Below, piece by piece: positions 23,893 through 36,751 of a stretch of 64,000 bases of DNA; the stretch's first letter is position 1, and every line of letters begins with the position of its first letter. The DNA lies in NCBI RefSeq assembly GCF_001447785.1, contig NW_015175410.1, positions 152,230 to 216,229 of the forward strand. The letters run 5' to 3'. The translations under genes and the position numbers were made by a program. This DNA is from Gekko japonicus. Lineage: Eukaryota. The notes under the pieces were generated by a model. The model did not search any database and was not told the origin of the DNA. It saw only the letters and a program-made list of their open reading frames with translations.

Positions 23893-25404
23893 TTCTCCCA
23901 GCTAGAGATTGGCAAAAGTCTCTTTGGAGTTGGTACGGGGGCTGGAAGCTTGTATAGGAACTCTGTCCACCAAAACTGGCATCTCAAGTTGGCTGCTGCT
24001 CTCTGCTGAGAAGCAGGAGCGGAGCACAGATTGCCAGGTGAGAAGGTGGCCCTTTTTTGCACACTTTCCCCCCACTGCTGTGGTTGTCATCATCAGTAGC
24101 TCATGCAAGCCCAGAAGGCATGCCGGCTCTGGGACAGTCATGCTCCTTCTGAGAGGAAACTGTCCGGATAGCCGTGGCTGTTTCAAATGTTTTTGTGGCC
24201 GAGAGGCTGGCGGCAGCAGAGAACCTTCCACGGATGAATAGAACTCCACAAGTAGAAGGAATAGATGAAAGGAAGAATAAAGGAGGGAAGGGAAGGGAAA
24301 ATGAGGAAGAGGTAAGAGGAAAAGCCTAAAAGAGCCGAATAGAAGGGCTGAGCCTGCTATGGAGCTTCTCTCCCTGTTGAGGCAGGAATAGAACTGAGGA
24401 AAGGGTGACTCCCTCAACAAGCAGGAAGAGGAAGAAAATTAGTTCCTGTCTCCCTGATAGGACAGTGGGAATCACCCACAAGATGTCCTCCGCCTCAGAG
24501 GGAGAACTAGTTTCCCCTATTACTGGTCTCAAATATTAAACTAACTCTAAGCCCTGCACCTGATAGAATTCAAAAAAGCATTATTTTGAAAGACTTTTCC
24601 CAGAAGACAGCATTAGAAGTCAGCCTCCCAGGCAAAATGATGTTCATCATGGCCATGGATCCAGTTGCAAGAATATGGATATTGATTCTTGGTCTAGTAG
24701 ATTTTGAAGTTTCAAGTGCCAGTTCAGCAAACTATAATTAATGTGAACTCAGAGTAATTTTCTTTTTGTCTTTTTTTGTTTCTTTTCTAAATAGCATGTA
24801 TTATGCTTTTATCTGTGTTCATCATTAAAATACCTTTTGTGTGTGTTCTAAATGCCTAGAAGATCAAGAAACATTACTGATCTGTAGAGGTGTGTGTGAG
24901 GTTCAAAAGCCCCATGTGCAGATACAGGGGTTTCTAGGCACAGTTAGACCCTACTTTGGTGAAAGAATATATATTATAGAGGTCAGGCAGCAGCACACTT
25001 AACTGCAAAAGTACTCAGCAGAGGAGATTTTAGTCAGAGTGACAAGATTCTGGCTTGGATCCTACATTTTCCAGCAACAGAAGGCACTTTTGCCAATTAA
25101 AATGCTGCAACTTTCAAACTCTCCAAACCCCTTATAGCTTCTCCAAAGGTCCACGTTGAGGCATACATACATAAAAACTTAGAAGTGTTTATACAAATTC
25201 AAGAAGAGATTAAGTGCACAAAACTATTTTATACAGCGAATATTTAGAAGATAGATTTAAGCTGTCAGACGTGCTCCTGTTTATGTACTGTGTTTGTTTT
25301 TGTCTAGTGTGTTTTGTCTTGTTTATATGTTTGTGGAAACTTAATAAAAATCTTTTATGAAAAAAAAATTACTTCTTACATTCTTATCACCTTATGTTCT
25401 TATC

Positions 25405-25670
25405 ACAGGAATAAACAGCTTTAAAAGGGGATTAGGTAGATTCATGGAGGATAGATTTATCAACGGCTACTAGCCATGGTGACTGAGGGGACCCTCCACA
25501 TTCAGAGGCGCTAAGCCTCTGAATCCCAGAGCCAGGAGGCAACATCAGGGGAAGTCCTCAGCCTCTGTGCCCTGTTGTTGGCCATCCAGAGGAACTGGCT
25601 AGCCACTATGTGATGCTCAGCTAGATGCACCACTGGTCTGATCCAGCAGGGCTCTTCTTATGTTCTTATG
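25405..25670 (+). mobile_element. CR1 3' end fragment
   Basis: TTCATGGAGGATAGA...GGCTACTAGCC stop region and TTCTTATGTTCTTATG tail. Confidence 0.8.
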
Positions 25671-26604
25671 AGGTCCCACAGAACATCGTTTGAGTCCAGT
25701 GGCATCTTTAAGACCAACAAAATTTTAATTCTGGGTATACGCTTTTGTGTGCATGCTGAGAGAAGGGGTCAAGCCACACAGGAGACCTGTATTCATATTT
25801 CCAAATGTTTACTTTCTTTATCTAAAAAGCAACTGCATGGGCCTCTGAATCTGACTTAAAACCGTAGAGACAGAGTTCAAGTCTTCACATACCCCTCTAA
25901 ATCACCACCCAAAATGTTGCAAACAGGTAAGAAGGAAAGCCATTTATATTGGGGAAATAGTGCAGGGAGAAGAGTCCTCAGATCTGCTGTTTCAAAGAAA
26001 TCTGGAGCCTTCTACAGATGCTTCCAATAAAAATAAGCATGAGGGGGTTGATTATTGATCTCACATGTAGCATCTAGCTTGATCCTGAATTAGGTTCAGT
26101 TCAAGCAACACAGCTGACGATCTCCAGCATGTTACACTGTGTTTCACAGAATACTTGAACTGATACATCTGCAAGAGGCAGTAGCAAAAAGTCTCAAAAT
26201 ATGGCAAACCCAAAAACATATGATAATTCTTTCCTGATTCCCGTAGTAAAAGTTATTTAACATAAGATTTTATATTGCTTGGCAGAGGATGGAGCATTGG
26301 AAACAAGGTGTGAATGGGATATTGATGGGGAGAGAGATGTGCCATGCAAGTGTGAAAGACATGGAAAGGAAATAAATGTATTTCTCAACTGCTGCCTTCA
26401 GTGGGTCGGGTTCTTCTACATCTGTGGACATCTAGAACTTTGAGAGTTTTGTTTTAAATAAAGTGAGCAAAGTCAGATTTCTCAGGATTCTGTATCTGGC
26501 AAAGATTCTGACCATGTGGATTTCTAGATCCTAGATTTAAGGAGCTGTGAAAACTCGCACATTAAGAGATGCAGAGACAAGAGGTCTACATGCAGAAATC
26601 ATAC

Positions 26605-26710
26605 CATCATTGTTTGTGTCCATCTGTCTGAAGATTTTGTCTGTTCGTTTCTCTGGAGTAGATTCATCCTCTGGCATTTTCATTACTGAAGACACCATTT
26701 TGTAGATGGC
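26605..26710 (-). CDS. HPCAL1: HPCAL1 second coding exon (106 nt)
   Basis: Encodes [35 protein letters not shown]+G. Acceptor cttcctttacag at 26711-26712, donor GTATGA at 26604. Confidence 0.97.
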
Positions 26711-27283
26711 CTGTAAAGGAAGCAGAATAGGAGGAAATCTGTCGTACGACATTATGGGAATTGTAAGTCTACTGCTAACAAGACTGACATAGTGGATGCT
26801 TACATAACAAGTTATGGAAAGTAAAATATTTGCCAGCTTATCCCATACTTCTAGGGATTGTTCCAACTTTTAAAAAGACAACAAAAGCCAAGCCAAGACC
26901 TAGTACTTATGGAACTGTCTTACTATTTCTATATGATCATACTGTTCCTTAGAACTTTCATATGCTTAATTGTAGAAAGATCATTAATCTGTACCTCTTG
27001 CCATTTTGTATATGTTTATGGTAATTTATTCTGCCTTTGATTATTCCATGATGTTGTTCTTTCTGGCATTACATTTTCCAGATATGGTTTGTAATTACTC
27101 TGCCTTTTGTAAGTACTAGATCTTGGTTCTGCTTCTGTTGGCGTGTCACTTAAGAACCTCTCCTTTTCTTTGGCTCAACGTTTAACAAGTCTAGCACTTT
27201 CAAGCATGAAGACAGGCACTGTAGTTTATGTGTCATGTGTTCCTATCATACTGCTTGCACTTGTTTGTATTTGTTATGCTTAA

Positions 27284-28370
27284 CAGGGGTGGGCATTTTT
27301 TTAAAACCAGTATTTCTTGGTTTGGGTCTATTAGACCTGAAACAAAGAAGAGATTTCCAAAAAAATCCCGGATCCCAATACTGGTATGTTATTCGGATCC
27401 AGGATTTTTTGGAAATCCTGAATTTTTTCAGGTCCAATAGATCCAAGAAGAAAAATACCAGTCGGGGGCTGCAGGATAAGCCAGCCCCATGATCTGCTGT
27501 GCCACGGGGAGATGGTGTCCCGTGGCACACAGATCCTGGCTGGGATGGCTTCTCCTGCAGTCCAGTTTAAATCGGGCTGCAGGAGAAGCCAGCTCCAGAG
27601 TATGCTGTGCCACGGGGAGCAATCTGCTCCTCACGGCATGTATATCCTGGCTGGGCTGGCTTCTTCTATACCGGGCTGCATGAGAAGCCAGCCCAAGGCC
27701 AGCCGGGGGAACACTTTGCTTCCCCACCACAGCTGATCCTCAGGCTGTCTTCTGCAGCCCCTTTAAACTTTAAAGAGACTGCAGCAAAAGCCCAACAAAC
27801 AGCTTGCTCCTGCCTCTCTGCTATTTTTTTTAAAAAACATTTTATTAGGATATAATAAACATAATCAAATATACTTCACACACTTTTAAACCACTACATC
27901 CTACCCTCCTCCCTCCACCCCCCATTCGGCTTCCCACAGTGCTCCAACCTCCTGCACAATTCTTAAATCAAGTTCACCTCCTCCTTTCTTTTTCCTTACA
28001 CACATCTATAGGTAACTTACCCTTCTATAATTTGGTATTACATCTTAATCTAATTTTTAATATCTATTAACAATTAGTAATTGTCAAAGCTAAATAAACC
28101 ATCCCTTACATCCCAGTTCTTTTCTAAATAGTCCTTAAAATCTTTCCAGTCTGTAAAAAAATCTTCTGCTTCCAAATTGTTAAGCTTCCTTGTCATTTTG
28201 TCTGCATATCCTGCTTCCAACATTGAGCATAAATCATTCTGGCCGTTGTAATCATGTACTCTCTCTGCTGTTTTTGGATCTACCCAGTGATTTCTGAATA
28301 TATCTGGGATTTTTTTCTGTTTTCCCAAGAAAACCCGGATACACTTGGGATCTTGAAATGCATACCGCTA
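27284..28370. mobile_element. Old hAT-type MITE with hairpin repeats and an L1 insertion
   Basis: Degenerate TIRs CAGGGGTGGGCATTT / AAATGCATACCGCTA. Flanks ATGCTTAA and ATGCCCAG match at 5 of 8. Confidence 0.55.
27829..28260 (-). mobile_element. L1 LINE 3' fragment
   Basis: Minus strand gives YMITTARMIYAQCWK and KMTRKL...FFTDWKDFKDYL (L1 ORF2 C-terminus), then AATAAA and poly(A). TSD CTCTCTGCT(A/G)TTTTT at 27814 and 28261. Confidence 0.75.
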
Positions 28371-28811
28371 ATGCCCAGTGATACAAACTGCTATAGACTG
28401 TGAAGTCAGTTAAGAGGTATGTTGGATTTCTGAGTGTTCAGTACACAGATGCATATTCATATATTAGCATACAGAATTGCTTTATACAGAATCATGCCAT
28501 TGCTCCATTTATCTCAGCAGAGTCTACTATGAATTAGCAGTGGCAGGCTATCAAGCAAAGATAAGTTTGTGCTTGCACAAGAAACTCTTGTTTTCTGCAA
28601 GCACAAGGTCTTGCTGTCCACAAGCTTCCAAATGTTCTGCCTTCTCCCAAATCAGCTGTAGGCAGCTCCACAGAGCCAACAAAAAGGGGGGATCTAAATA
28701 AGATGACACTGATTTTAGAGAGCAGCTGCAAAGGGCAGCAACCTGTCTGTTGAAGGAATTAAAAGGAATTGGGCTGGGCTAGATCTTCACACAGCATGGC
28801 AATTAACTTAC

Positions 28812-29189
28812 CTGTACTATCTCAAGCATTTCTGCTCGGCTGATGTAGCCATTGCCATCGAGGTCATACATGCTAAATGCCCATTTCAACTTCTGTTCAA
28901 GCTTTCCCCGTGAAGTGACACTCAGTGCTATTATAAATTCCCGGAAATCAATCGTCCCATCTCCATTGGTATCGAAAGTGCGGAACACATGCTCGGCAAA
29001 TTTCGAGGCATCGCCATAGGGGAAGAAGTTAGCGTATATCTTTTTGAACTCGTCAACAGTCAAGTGGCCAGTTGGGCAATCTTTTAGGAAACCTTTGTAC
29101 CATTCTTGGAGCTCGTGGTCTGTGAATTCAGTATTTTCTCGAAGATCCTGGAGTACTTCAGGTCTCAGCTTACTGTTCTGCTTCCCCAT
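28812..29189 (-). CDS. HPCAL1: HPCAL1 first coding exon (aa 1-126), neuronal calcium sensor with EF-hands and N-myristoylation motif
   Basis: Translates [56 protein letters not shown]...EMLEIVQ. ATG at 29189. Donor CAG|GTAAGT at 28811. Acceptor tttctttcattgcag puts the exon start at 29213, leaving 24 nt of UTR. Confidence 0.97.
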
Positions 29190-30723
29190 TCTGTTCTCGA
29201 TTAATGTCTAGGGCTGCAATGAAAGAAATCATGTCAATTTTAAATCCACAGCTGCATTCAAAATCCAGTCATAGAAGGGTTCCCAGAAGTATGGAAGCCT
29301 CTGTATCTTAACCCTTCTTTCCTTTTGGCTCCCAGCTGCCAACAGTATGAAACCTGGGGAGGTTTGTGTTGTGTGTGTTTTTTTTTTTAAAGCAGTTCAG
29401 ACTGATATGCAAGTAATTTCCTCCTTTAATTTGTGCAGAATTATATAATTCATAATCCTTTTTTCCTCATTATGTCCTTGTGTTTACTGAAAGCATAAGG
29501 ATTGACAATAAACAGGGCTGTATAGGTATTGCTAACACCCAACAGGTACTTTTGCCTACTTTAAGTTTCTTCTCATAACCTTGAAAATTATATAATTTAG
29601 CTGCAAATTAGACATTAAATATCATAACCTCTCCCAGTATCTTTCCCCCCCAAAGCAATTCACTAAAATGTCTAACTTTTGTGGGACTCAACCCATATGG
29701 TCTGGACACACACACACACACTGTGGCACTCACCTATGTGGGCAAAAGTTATAGAAATATTTTGAAAGTAGATTCAAGAATTTCAGACCAAATAACAACG
29801 ATGTAAGGACAGTGGGGAAAACCAAAGTGAAACCTGGGCCAAAAATCACCCCCAAATTTAAGAAAATTACTCTGGAGGACCTTTCACTCCCACTCCATAA
29901 CACATGCTACAGGCATGTTATCTTAGGCAAATACAGTTGTGAGCACAGAAGTGATTCAACTAATCTAGTATTCACTTCAAAACAAAACAAATCAAAGCAA
30001 GCCACCACCTGCCATTATGCAATCAGGAAAGTACAGGGAAAATAAGTTCAAATATTTTCCAAGATTACTATAAATTACAGGTAAGTACCTGCATTCAACC
30101 GTGTTGTTGTTCTGGTACAAGCATTTGCCTGGAGAATGGCATACCTAAGTCTGTGACTGTGTTCCACCCTGGGGCACTGCACCTTTTAGAAAGCTTCTTA
30201 AAAATAGCAACCCACAGTTTCAGCCGTGTGAACTTTTCCAAAGGGTTTTTCTGTGACGAAGCTTAATCAGGCAAAAGGACTAATGGCAACAGACCAGGGA
30301 TTTCCCAACTGTACTTTTTACAGCCAGTTCACCAAGCAAGAAATCTTGTATACAAAATGGAGAGGTGCAAAGTGCCTGCTACTTCACAGGGAGTGTGATG
30401 CTGGCATTCAAGATATGCCACAACTGCCTAAGAAATCTGCCCAGATCTCTTCCACTCAGTCTTTAAGCATCAAAGAGATCAGAGATAAATTTTGCTGCAG
30501 AGGCTAAATTGTATGCTCAGCTGTCCCTCTCACCACTCTCCCCCAAATTGCATGCATGAGTTGTTCAGACTAAGACCATGTTTGCTGCCTTGAGTGACCC
30601 TAGACAGACTTCTCTAACTACCTCTCAATTTCCATATAAAACAGACTGTGTAGTGCATTTGCCCAGAGGGGTCAAGTGATCGCCTAACAATCACTTGGAT
30701 TTGTATGTGGTCAAATTAACAAG

Positions 30724-31237
30724 GGCTGCGGTCACACGTAACAGAAGCCACACAAGTGAGACAGAAAACAGCCGGAGTTTCCGGGCGCGATCTCACCAGC
30801 ACATCTGGGAAGCGTAGCACTCCCGTGGCTCAACCGAGGCTTCCAGCCGAAACTGCGTGGCAAAAAACTAGTACCTTGGAGATACTAGTTTCCGGAAACT
30901 GCGGGGCAAAGGCGGGCGTCTGATCGCGTTTCCGGTGGCATCCGGCGCCCGCCCATGTCCCCTTGCAAATAAGGTGGGGTTTTTTTGTCCAAGTCTCTGT
31001 GGATGCGCATGCGCATTTGTCATGTACACAAAAATAAAAAACAGTTTGCCGCGACGCGCGCTTCTTCGTTGTGCGCCGGCTTGTCCTGTGATCGGCACCT
31101 CTCCCTTGCCATGGAACCTCCACGGTACCTCCACAGGACCTCCACAGGAGGTCTGATCACGTAACTGCGCAGTAGTTTGCCCCAGGGCAAACAGCCACGC
31201 TTCTCCTCTGCAGTTTCCTGCCCGTGTGACCGGGGCC
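30724..31237. mobile_element. PIF/Harbinger-like MITE, CpG-rich
   Basis: TIRs GGCTGCGGTCACACG / CGTGTGACCGGGGCC. 3-bp TSD AAG. Confidence 0.7.
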
Positions 31238-32321
31238 AAGGATTGGTTTAAAGCCCTGGAGGAGAGGCAGGACTTTTGGGGATGATCACCATACCATGTG
31301 TAGACTTTTTCCCATTCCACCCCACCCTCCAGCCTTTCACATGCATGTCACCACTTTATGAAGAAGGACTACTGTGAAGAACTCTGGCCGAGCAATAGCA
31401 AACAAAACAAACCATCACAAGACAACCACCACACCTCATGAAAACTAAACACTTTCCTGGCCCAATCTGAATATCTTCATCTGAACATTTTTTGGGGAAG
31501 GGGGCAGTTAGCAAGAAAAGGATGTCATTACTGAAGGTTACCAAAACCCGAACTCCACACAGGGCTAATTATACTCCTTTAATTTCTACGCCGGCTTAGC
31601 AATATTCAATCCTATCCTGCTCAGAGAGAAAAAGGGGGGAAAAAGCAACCAGCTGCTCATTAATAAAACACATCAGGTTTAAAACAGAAACCTGTGTTTA
31701 TATCATTAGCTACTTCTGTGTCGCAGAAACCATAAACATTCCAACCTCCTCGCTTCATTTCTATTCACTGTTTGCTCTAATGGAACCCTGCTTGCTTCCA
31801 AAATGTTGAAATGTTTAAGCTAAGCTCCCAGCTGGCAGAGCTGTAAGCCATGTAAAGAGCACAGAGGAACTCTCCAGCTAATTGTACACACTGACAGCTA
31901 GGCAAATAAATTGCTTTCCATGTTTATTTCAAAGCGTTATTCAAGGTATGCTATTCATACAAGGATTGGGGGAGGAAGGGAAAAGAAAAGAGAGAAAGAG
32001 GAAAGAAACCAAACACTTTCCATTCTGAAGTACTATAAGGAGCAAATGGAATCTCCAGCCTCACTATAGAAACAACTTTTCACTCCCAAGGTTATGAGGA
32101 AGGAGAGAAAAATGGCCTTCACATAGTGACCGCTCTAGAAAATTCCTCTGGTTTCTATGGTAAAGATCAAAGATGGGGGAGGCAGCCTAGAGCATTGCCT
32201 AGAGATGACACCACATTCTCCCCAAACGCCACCTTCTCCAAACACCCCCCCCCCGATCCCCCAGCATTTGTTGAAGCATTGTTAGCATTCTAGTTTTTAA
32301 GAGTATCAGGCACTAAACAAT

Positions 32322-33014
32322 GGGTGCGTTCAGACCCATCTGAACATTTAGTCTTCTTTCGGCATGCTTCAGTAACTGATTTTATATCCACGTTCACACA
32401 TCCAACATCTGCGCACTGTCCCCAGCTGTTGCTTTCCGGCACAAACCCCATTTAAAATGGAGTATTTTGTTACCAGGTTCCCAAGTGGTGTTTTCCTGAT
32501 TCTCCGGTTCTAGCCGCACTGTTCTGACGTCTGATCGCTCCTGCGGTGTCGAGCCACTTCTGCTCGGAAGCCCGAGGCTTCCGCCCTTCGCCCGCCATTT
32601 TATTTTAGCGTCGGCGGTATGCGCACAGGCGGAGCTCCGCTCCTGCGTTATTAAAAACAATGTTTAAACGGTGCCTAGTTTTGTTGGTTAGACGAGTTTG
32701 GGATCTCACAGAGGCCAGTTTCGGGGTAAAAGTTTAAAGGGAAGTGTTACAGCAGTTGGGTTGAAGTGGAAATTGCTGTTCTGCGCATGTGCGAAAATTT
32801 TAATTCTACAGATGGCCGCCTGTGCGCATGCCCAAACTGAGAGGAAAACCCCCCCACTGACGCACGCTCCCACATGTGGACAGCAGAGAGCGATGTGGCT
32901 GTGCAGCGATCCGGAACAAGGAGGTGAGTGTGATCGCAATTCTCCAGGTTAAAAAAAAAAGCTTTGGGCCTGGAGCAATTTAAACTGCTCCCAGCACGCC
33001 ATCTGACCACACCC
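32322..33014. mobile_element. PIF/Harbinger-like MITE, CpG-rich
   Basis: TIRs GGGTGCGTTCAGAC / ATCTGACCACACCC (11 of 14 match). 3-bp TSD AAT. Confidence 0.65.
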
Positions 33015-34054
33015 AATATGTTTTATCCTGCTCCATGAAGGAAGACCAGGATAAAAATGACTAGATAGAACATACTAGCCTAGGCAATGGTAACAGAGAT
33101 CCCCCATGAAGGGCCTAACTTTCCCAAGTTAGCCTTTGCAATTTTTTAAACCTCTTGTAACAGTTGTATTATGTATATTTACGCAATTTCAAAATAATAC
33201 AAATACACCAATTATGTTTCAAGAAGGTTTAATACTACTTCAGGGTGGAATGGCTGCTCATTGGCTGGACTGTTTTTCTGCTCCGGCATCTCCTCTCACC
33301 AAGGCGCTTATACCAAGGTCCCATCAGGAGGCCAGTTGACCTGTGGAACTTCCTGGATTTATGTTCAGGTCAGTTTCTGTGAATATCAAGACAGTCAGGA
33401 TGAGATAAGGTTATCAAGAGCAGTCCTACCTTCTATCTCTGCATTTACCTTTTTTCTGTTTTCCCCGATATTTGTGTTTAGTATTTACTGTTTCATTGTA
33501 TTTCAACAAGAGGACATGATAGAAAAATTAAGCAATTAAGTAGATCAAGAGACTTTAATTTTCTCCCCTTTCAACTCACTTTTTATCTGTTTTTGAAAAC
33601 CAGGAAGTGTGCCAGCTAAAAGGAATATGTTTAGCTGAAGGAGAAGTTTTCTCTTTCTGTAATTTGCTGCAAGCATTTGTGAAGCTGTTAATCTTTACTG
33701 GGGTGAAACAAAAGCACAATTTATTCTAATAATATTGGATTTAACTTCTGAATGGTGATTAGAGACTGATGACCACACAGAGTTGCAAACCATAGCCGCC
33801 ATATTTAACTCTGATTTTTCCCCAGCAACTATAGATTTAAACCAGAAATATCCAGAGGGCTGTGTTTGCTGATAGGATTTTAATTAGTATTAAATCACAG
33901 ACTCTGTGATAGATTTTATTACTGGACTATAAATGACTCCAACCGGGCCGGGGGGGAGTCTAACTTACTGAGTTATTGTGATTTCTATTTCCCCCTTATT
34001 GAAAGAAGCCTCGTGTCTCTTTTTTCTCTTGGCTGCAATTTTAAAAGGATATAG

Positions 34055-34500
34055 CAGGGGTGTCAACCATGTGGATAAGGCCTCGGAGGGTCCCAATCTG
34101 GCCCACAAGGACCTGGCTGTTTCCTGCTTCATTTTCCAGTTCTGCTGCTGCTGCCATGTCACAGCTTGCTTTACCAATCTCCCTCAATCGCACAGGAGAG
34201 ATAGATAGGCAAGCCTCTCCTGTGTGATTGAGAGAATCTGGTAAAGAACTGTCTGAGGCTCCTCCCCTCCTCTTCCCAGGGGGGAGGGAGGAAACAGCCA
34301 GAGCTTGCTTCGTGGCTAGGCTGGAGACAAAGGAAAGTATTTTCTTCCACTGGCTGAGGTTTCTCCATGAAGGAAGGAAGAAAGGGAAGGAACGAGGGAG
34401 AGCTTGCTTTGCTGGGCTGCCTCAATTACAAGGGAGAAATACCAAGCACCTTTAAGACCAATAAAGTTTTGTTCAAGGTATGAGCTTTTTTGTGCCTTGC

Positions 34501-34539
<39 letters not shown>

Positions 34540-35278
34540 TTGTTGGGCTCTTTATGCCAGGGCTCTCCTGGGTGCAACTGGGTTCCCTCCTCCTTTTCAC
34601 TGTATTCATGCCCTCATGATCCAGTCTTTCTCAGTAAGAAAGCAGTATGAACTATTTTAGAGGAAGAATAACAACAAGCCAGTGAAGTGAATTAGGCTGA
34701 GAGTGTGTGTCCAGACCAAGTTCACCCAGCACATTTCCTTTGTAGGAAGTTGCAGTTATTACTCTGGGCAAGACTATAGTTTTGTAGATAAACACATGAC
34801 CCTCAGTCTGTGTCAGGATGCCTTCTCATGTTCTTGACCAGCACATGAAGCAACTTATGTACAAAAGGTTGCAATGCCCAGCCATTTCATGTTTTCCCCG
34901 GGTCCTAGGCTCAGAACACTGAACATGAGTTTTCTGTAATGAGTTTCAATAAATCAAAAGTAGGTTTACAGCTTACAGATATGCACCTAAACAGCATACT
35001 CAAGATTGCTACAGCACAGACATTTTGATGCAATAATTCAGAGCAAGAGGTGTCAATTATCAGAGACTGTTAAACAGACAAAATATTGCAAGAGTGCTAG
35101 TGTTTTAAGCATGTTTTACTTAAAGTTTAAAAAATCTTTACTCGTGTTTGTTTGTGTCCTTTATAAAGTTTATATCTCCGCTACCTGGCATTACATTTTA
35201 TGACACTCATGGCCCGGTCCAATAAGGTCTCATTTATGTCAGATCCGGCCCTCATAACAAATGAGTTCAACACCCCTG
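34055..35278. mobile_element. Non-autonomous hAT (Charlie-like) element
   Basis: TIRs CAGGGGTGTCAA / TTCAACACCCCTG. Flanks GGATATAG and GGCTACAT match at 5 of 8. Confidence 0.6.
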
Positions 35279-35949
35279 GGCTACATTATTTGTGTCATTC
35301 GCTTCTCTGGCAAGATTTGGCAAGACTCCTTAACTGGACTAATTACGGGACACTGCATTGAGGCATTTCTTTTTTCCGTCTTCGACTACCTATCCCAAAC
35401 TATTTTGGATTCTATGATCTTTGGCTCCAGCTAATGGTGAAGTTTGCAAATAAAATCATGAATAATATAAAAAATATTTAATGAATCGACAGATTGGAAA
35501 AGACTTCCTTAATAAACAATACTAATAAATAATTACTAATCACTATCTTTTTATCTTTTTAAAGTAGTATTAGGTGTTAAATATATTAATTCATTATTTG
35601 AGTGACATTACTATGATTTGTTTTTGGATTATTTCTATTTTCTGATAACCTATATCTTTCCTGTGGAATAAGTTTTGCTTTTCCTCCTACTAACATATTT
35701 TAGAAAACTGTTGATCGTCTGCATATATGAAATAAGTTGTAATACCCTGAAATAATATTGATGTTATATTGCATTCAGAAATTAATAAAAGGATTTATTT
35801 GTTGAGCTTCTGGAGCTTGCCGAAGCACAGTAATTGTGTAGGGGGAGCTATGATTAATCGATAAACAGTTATTTTTGCTGATTTCATTGAACGCTAATAA
35901 TAACTAAGCTTATGGTTGACTCATTGGTATTGCTACTGATAGATGAAGA

Positions 35950-36693
35950 AATTGTATAAAATATTTAGAAGGAGAAGGGTACTTAGAAAAATAAGAATGT
36001 CAACAAGATTAAAAGATAAGGATAAGAAGGGGAAAGGAAAGGATGAACATGATGTTTTAGATTTTAAAAAATTCAAGACGTAAGCCTCCAAATCAAACAG
36101 CGTGAAGAACACACTGATCAAAGGCTCAAAAAGAAATCTCAGACATGAAAGAGGAATTAAAATTAGGACTAGAAGATATCCAGAGTAAATTGCAAGAAAA
36201 TTCTCAAGAGATTAAGAAAGCTAAAGACAAATTTAAATATTTGGAATTGCATTAACAAGCTCAAGATATATGCTTGGATAGAGAAGATCAGAGAATTGAG
36301 ATTCTGGAGGTCCAAAACAGAGTCAATAATCTATGATTTAGAGGTTGAAGATTTTGGTAAAACAAATCTGAACGATTGCTTCCGTAAAGTGTTACAAGAT
36401 TATTTAAAGATTCAAGGAGACTTTCCAGATATTGATCAGATATAAAGAGTTAATTCAAGGTTTGCTTCAAGGAACAGGTTACCTCGAGATAACCTGATTA
36501 AATTTGTATACAAAAAGACAAGAGATACCACACTGAACAAACAGAGAGACCCTCCCCTTAAAATTGCAGAGAAAGAGATCAAGATATTTCAAGATTTACC
36601 TACAACAGCCTTAAGGAAAAGAAAAGACTTTGATTTTTTTTTTTGCGGTAAATTCTGCAAAAAGAGAGAGAGAATTTTGTTTTGTATATATAG

Positions 36694-36751
<58 letters not shown>

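Larger units (their letters stand above)
17838..24507 (-). mobile_element. DIRS1-like tyrosine-recombinase retrotransposon, degenerate, with nested insertions
   Basis: Inverted terminal repeats of about 115 bp (17871-17986 vs 24392-24506), a 3' extension at 17838-17870, an internal complementary region at 18257-18347, GTT at both termini, and YR and gag remnants. Confidence 0.9.

Noticed and set aside
28803-29189. Neurocalcin delta or hippocalcin, or a single-exon 128-aa gene
   Set aside because: The residues [18 protein letters not shown] and [11 protein letters not shown] fit HPCAL1. The ORF runs past a GTAAGT donor and splices to two further exons.
30724-31237. Native CpG-island promoter of HPCAL1
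   Set aside because: It is bounded by TIRs and a 3-bp TSD, so it is a transposon. A regulatory role is left as a hypothesis only.
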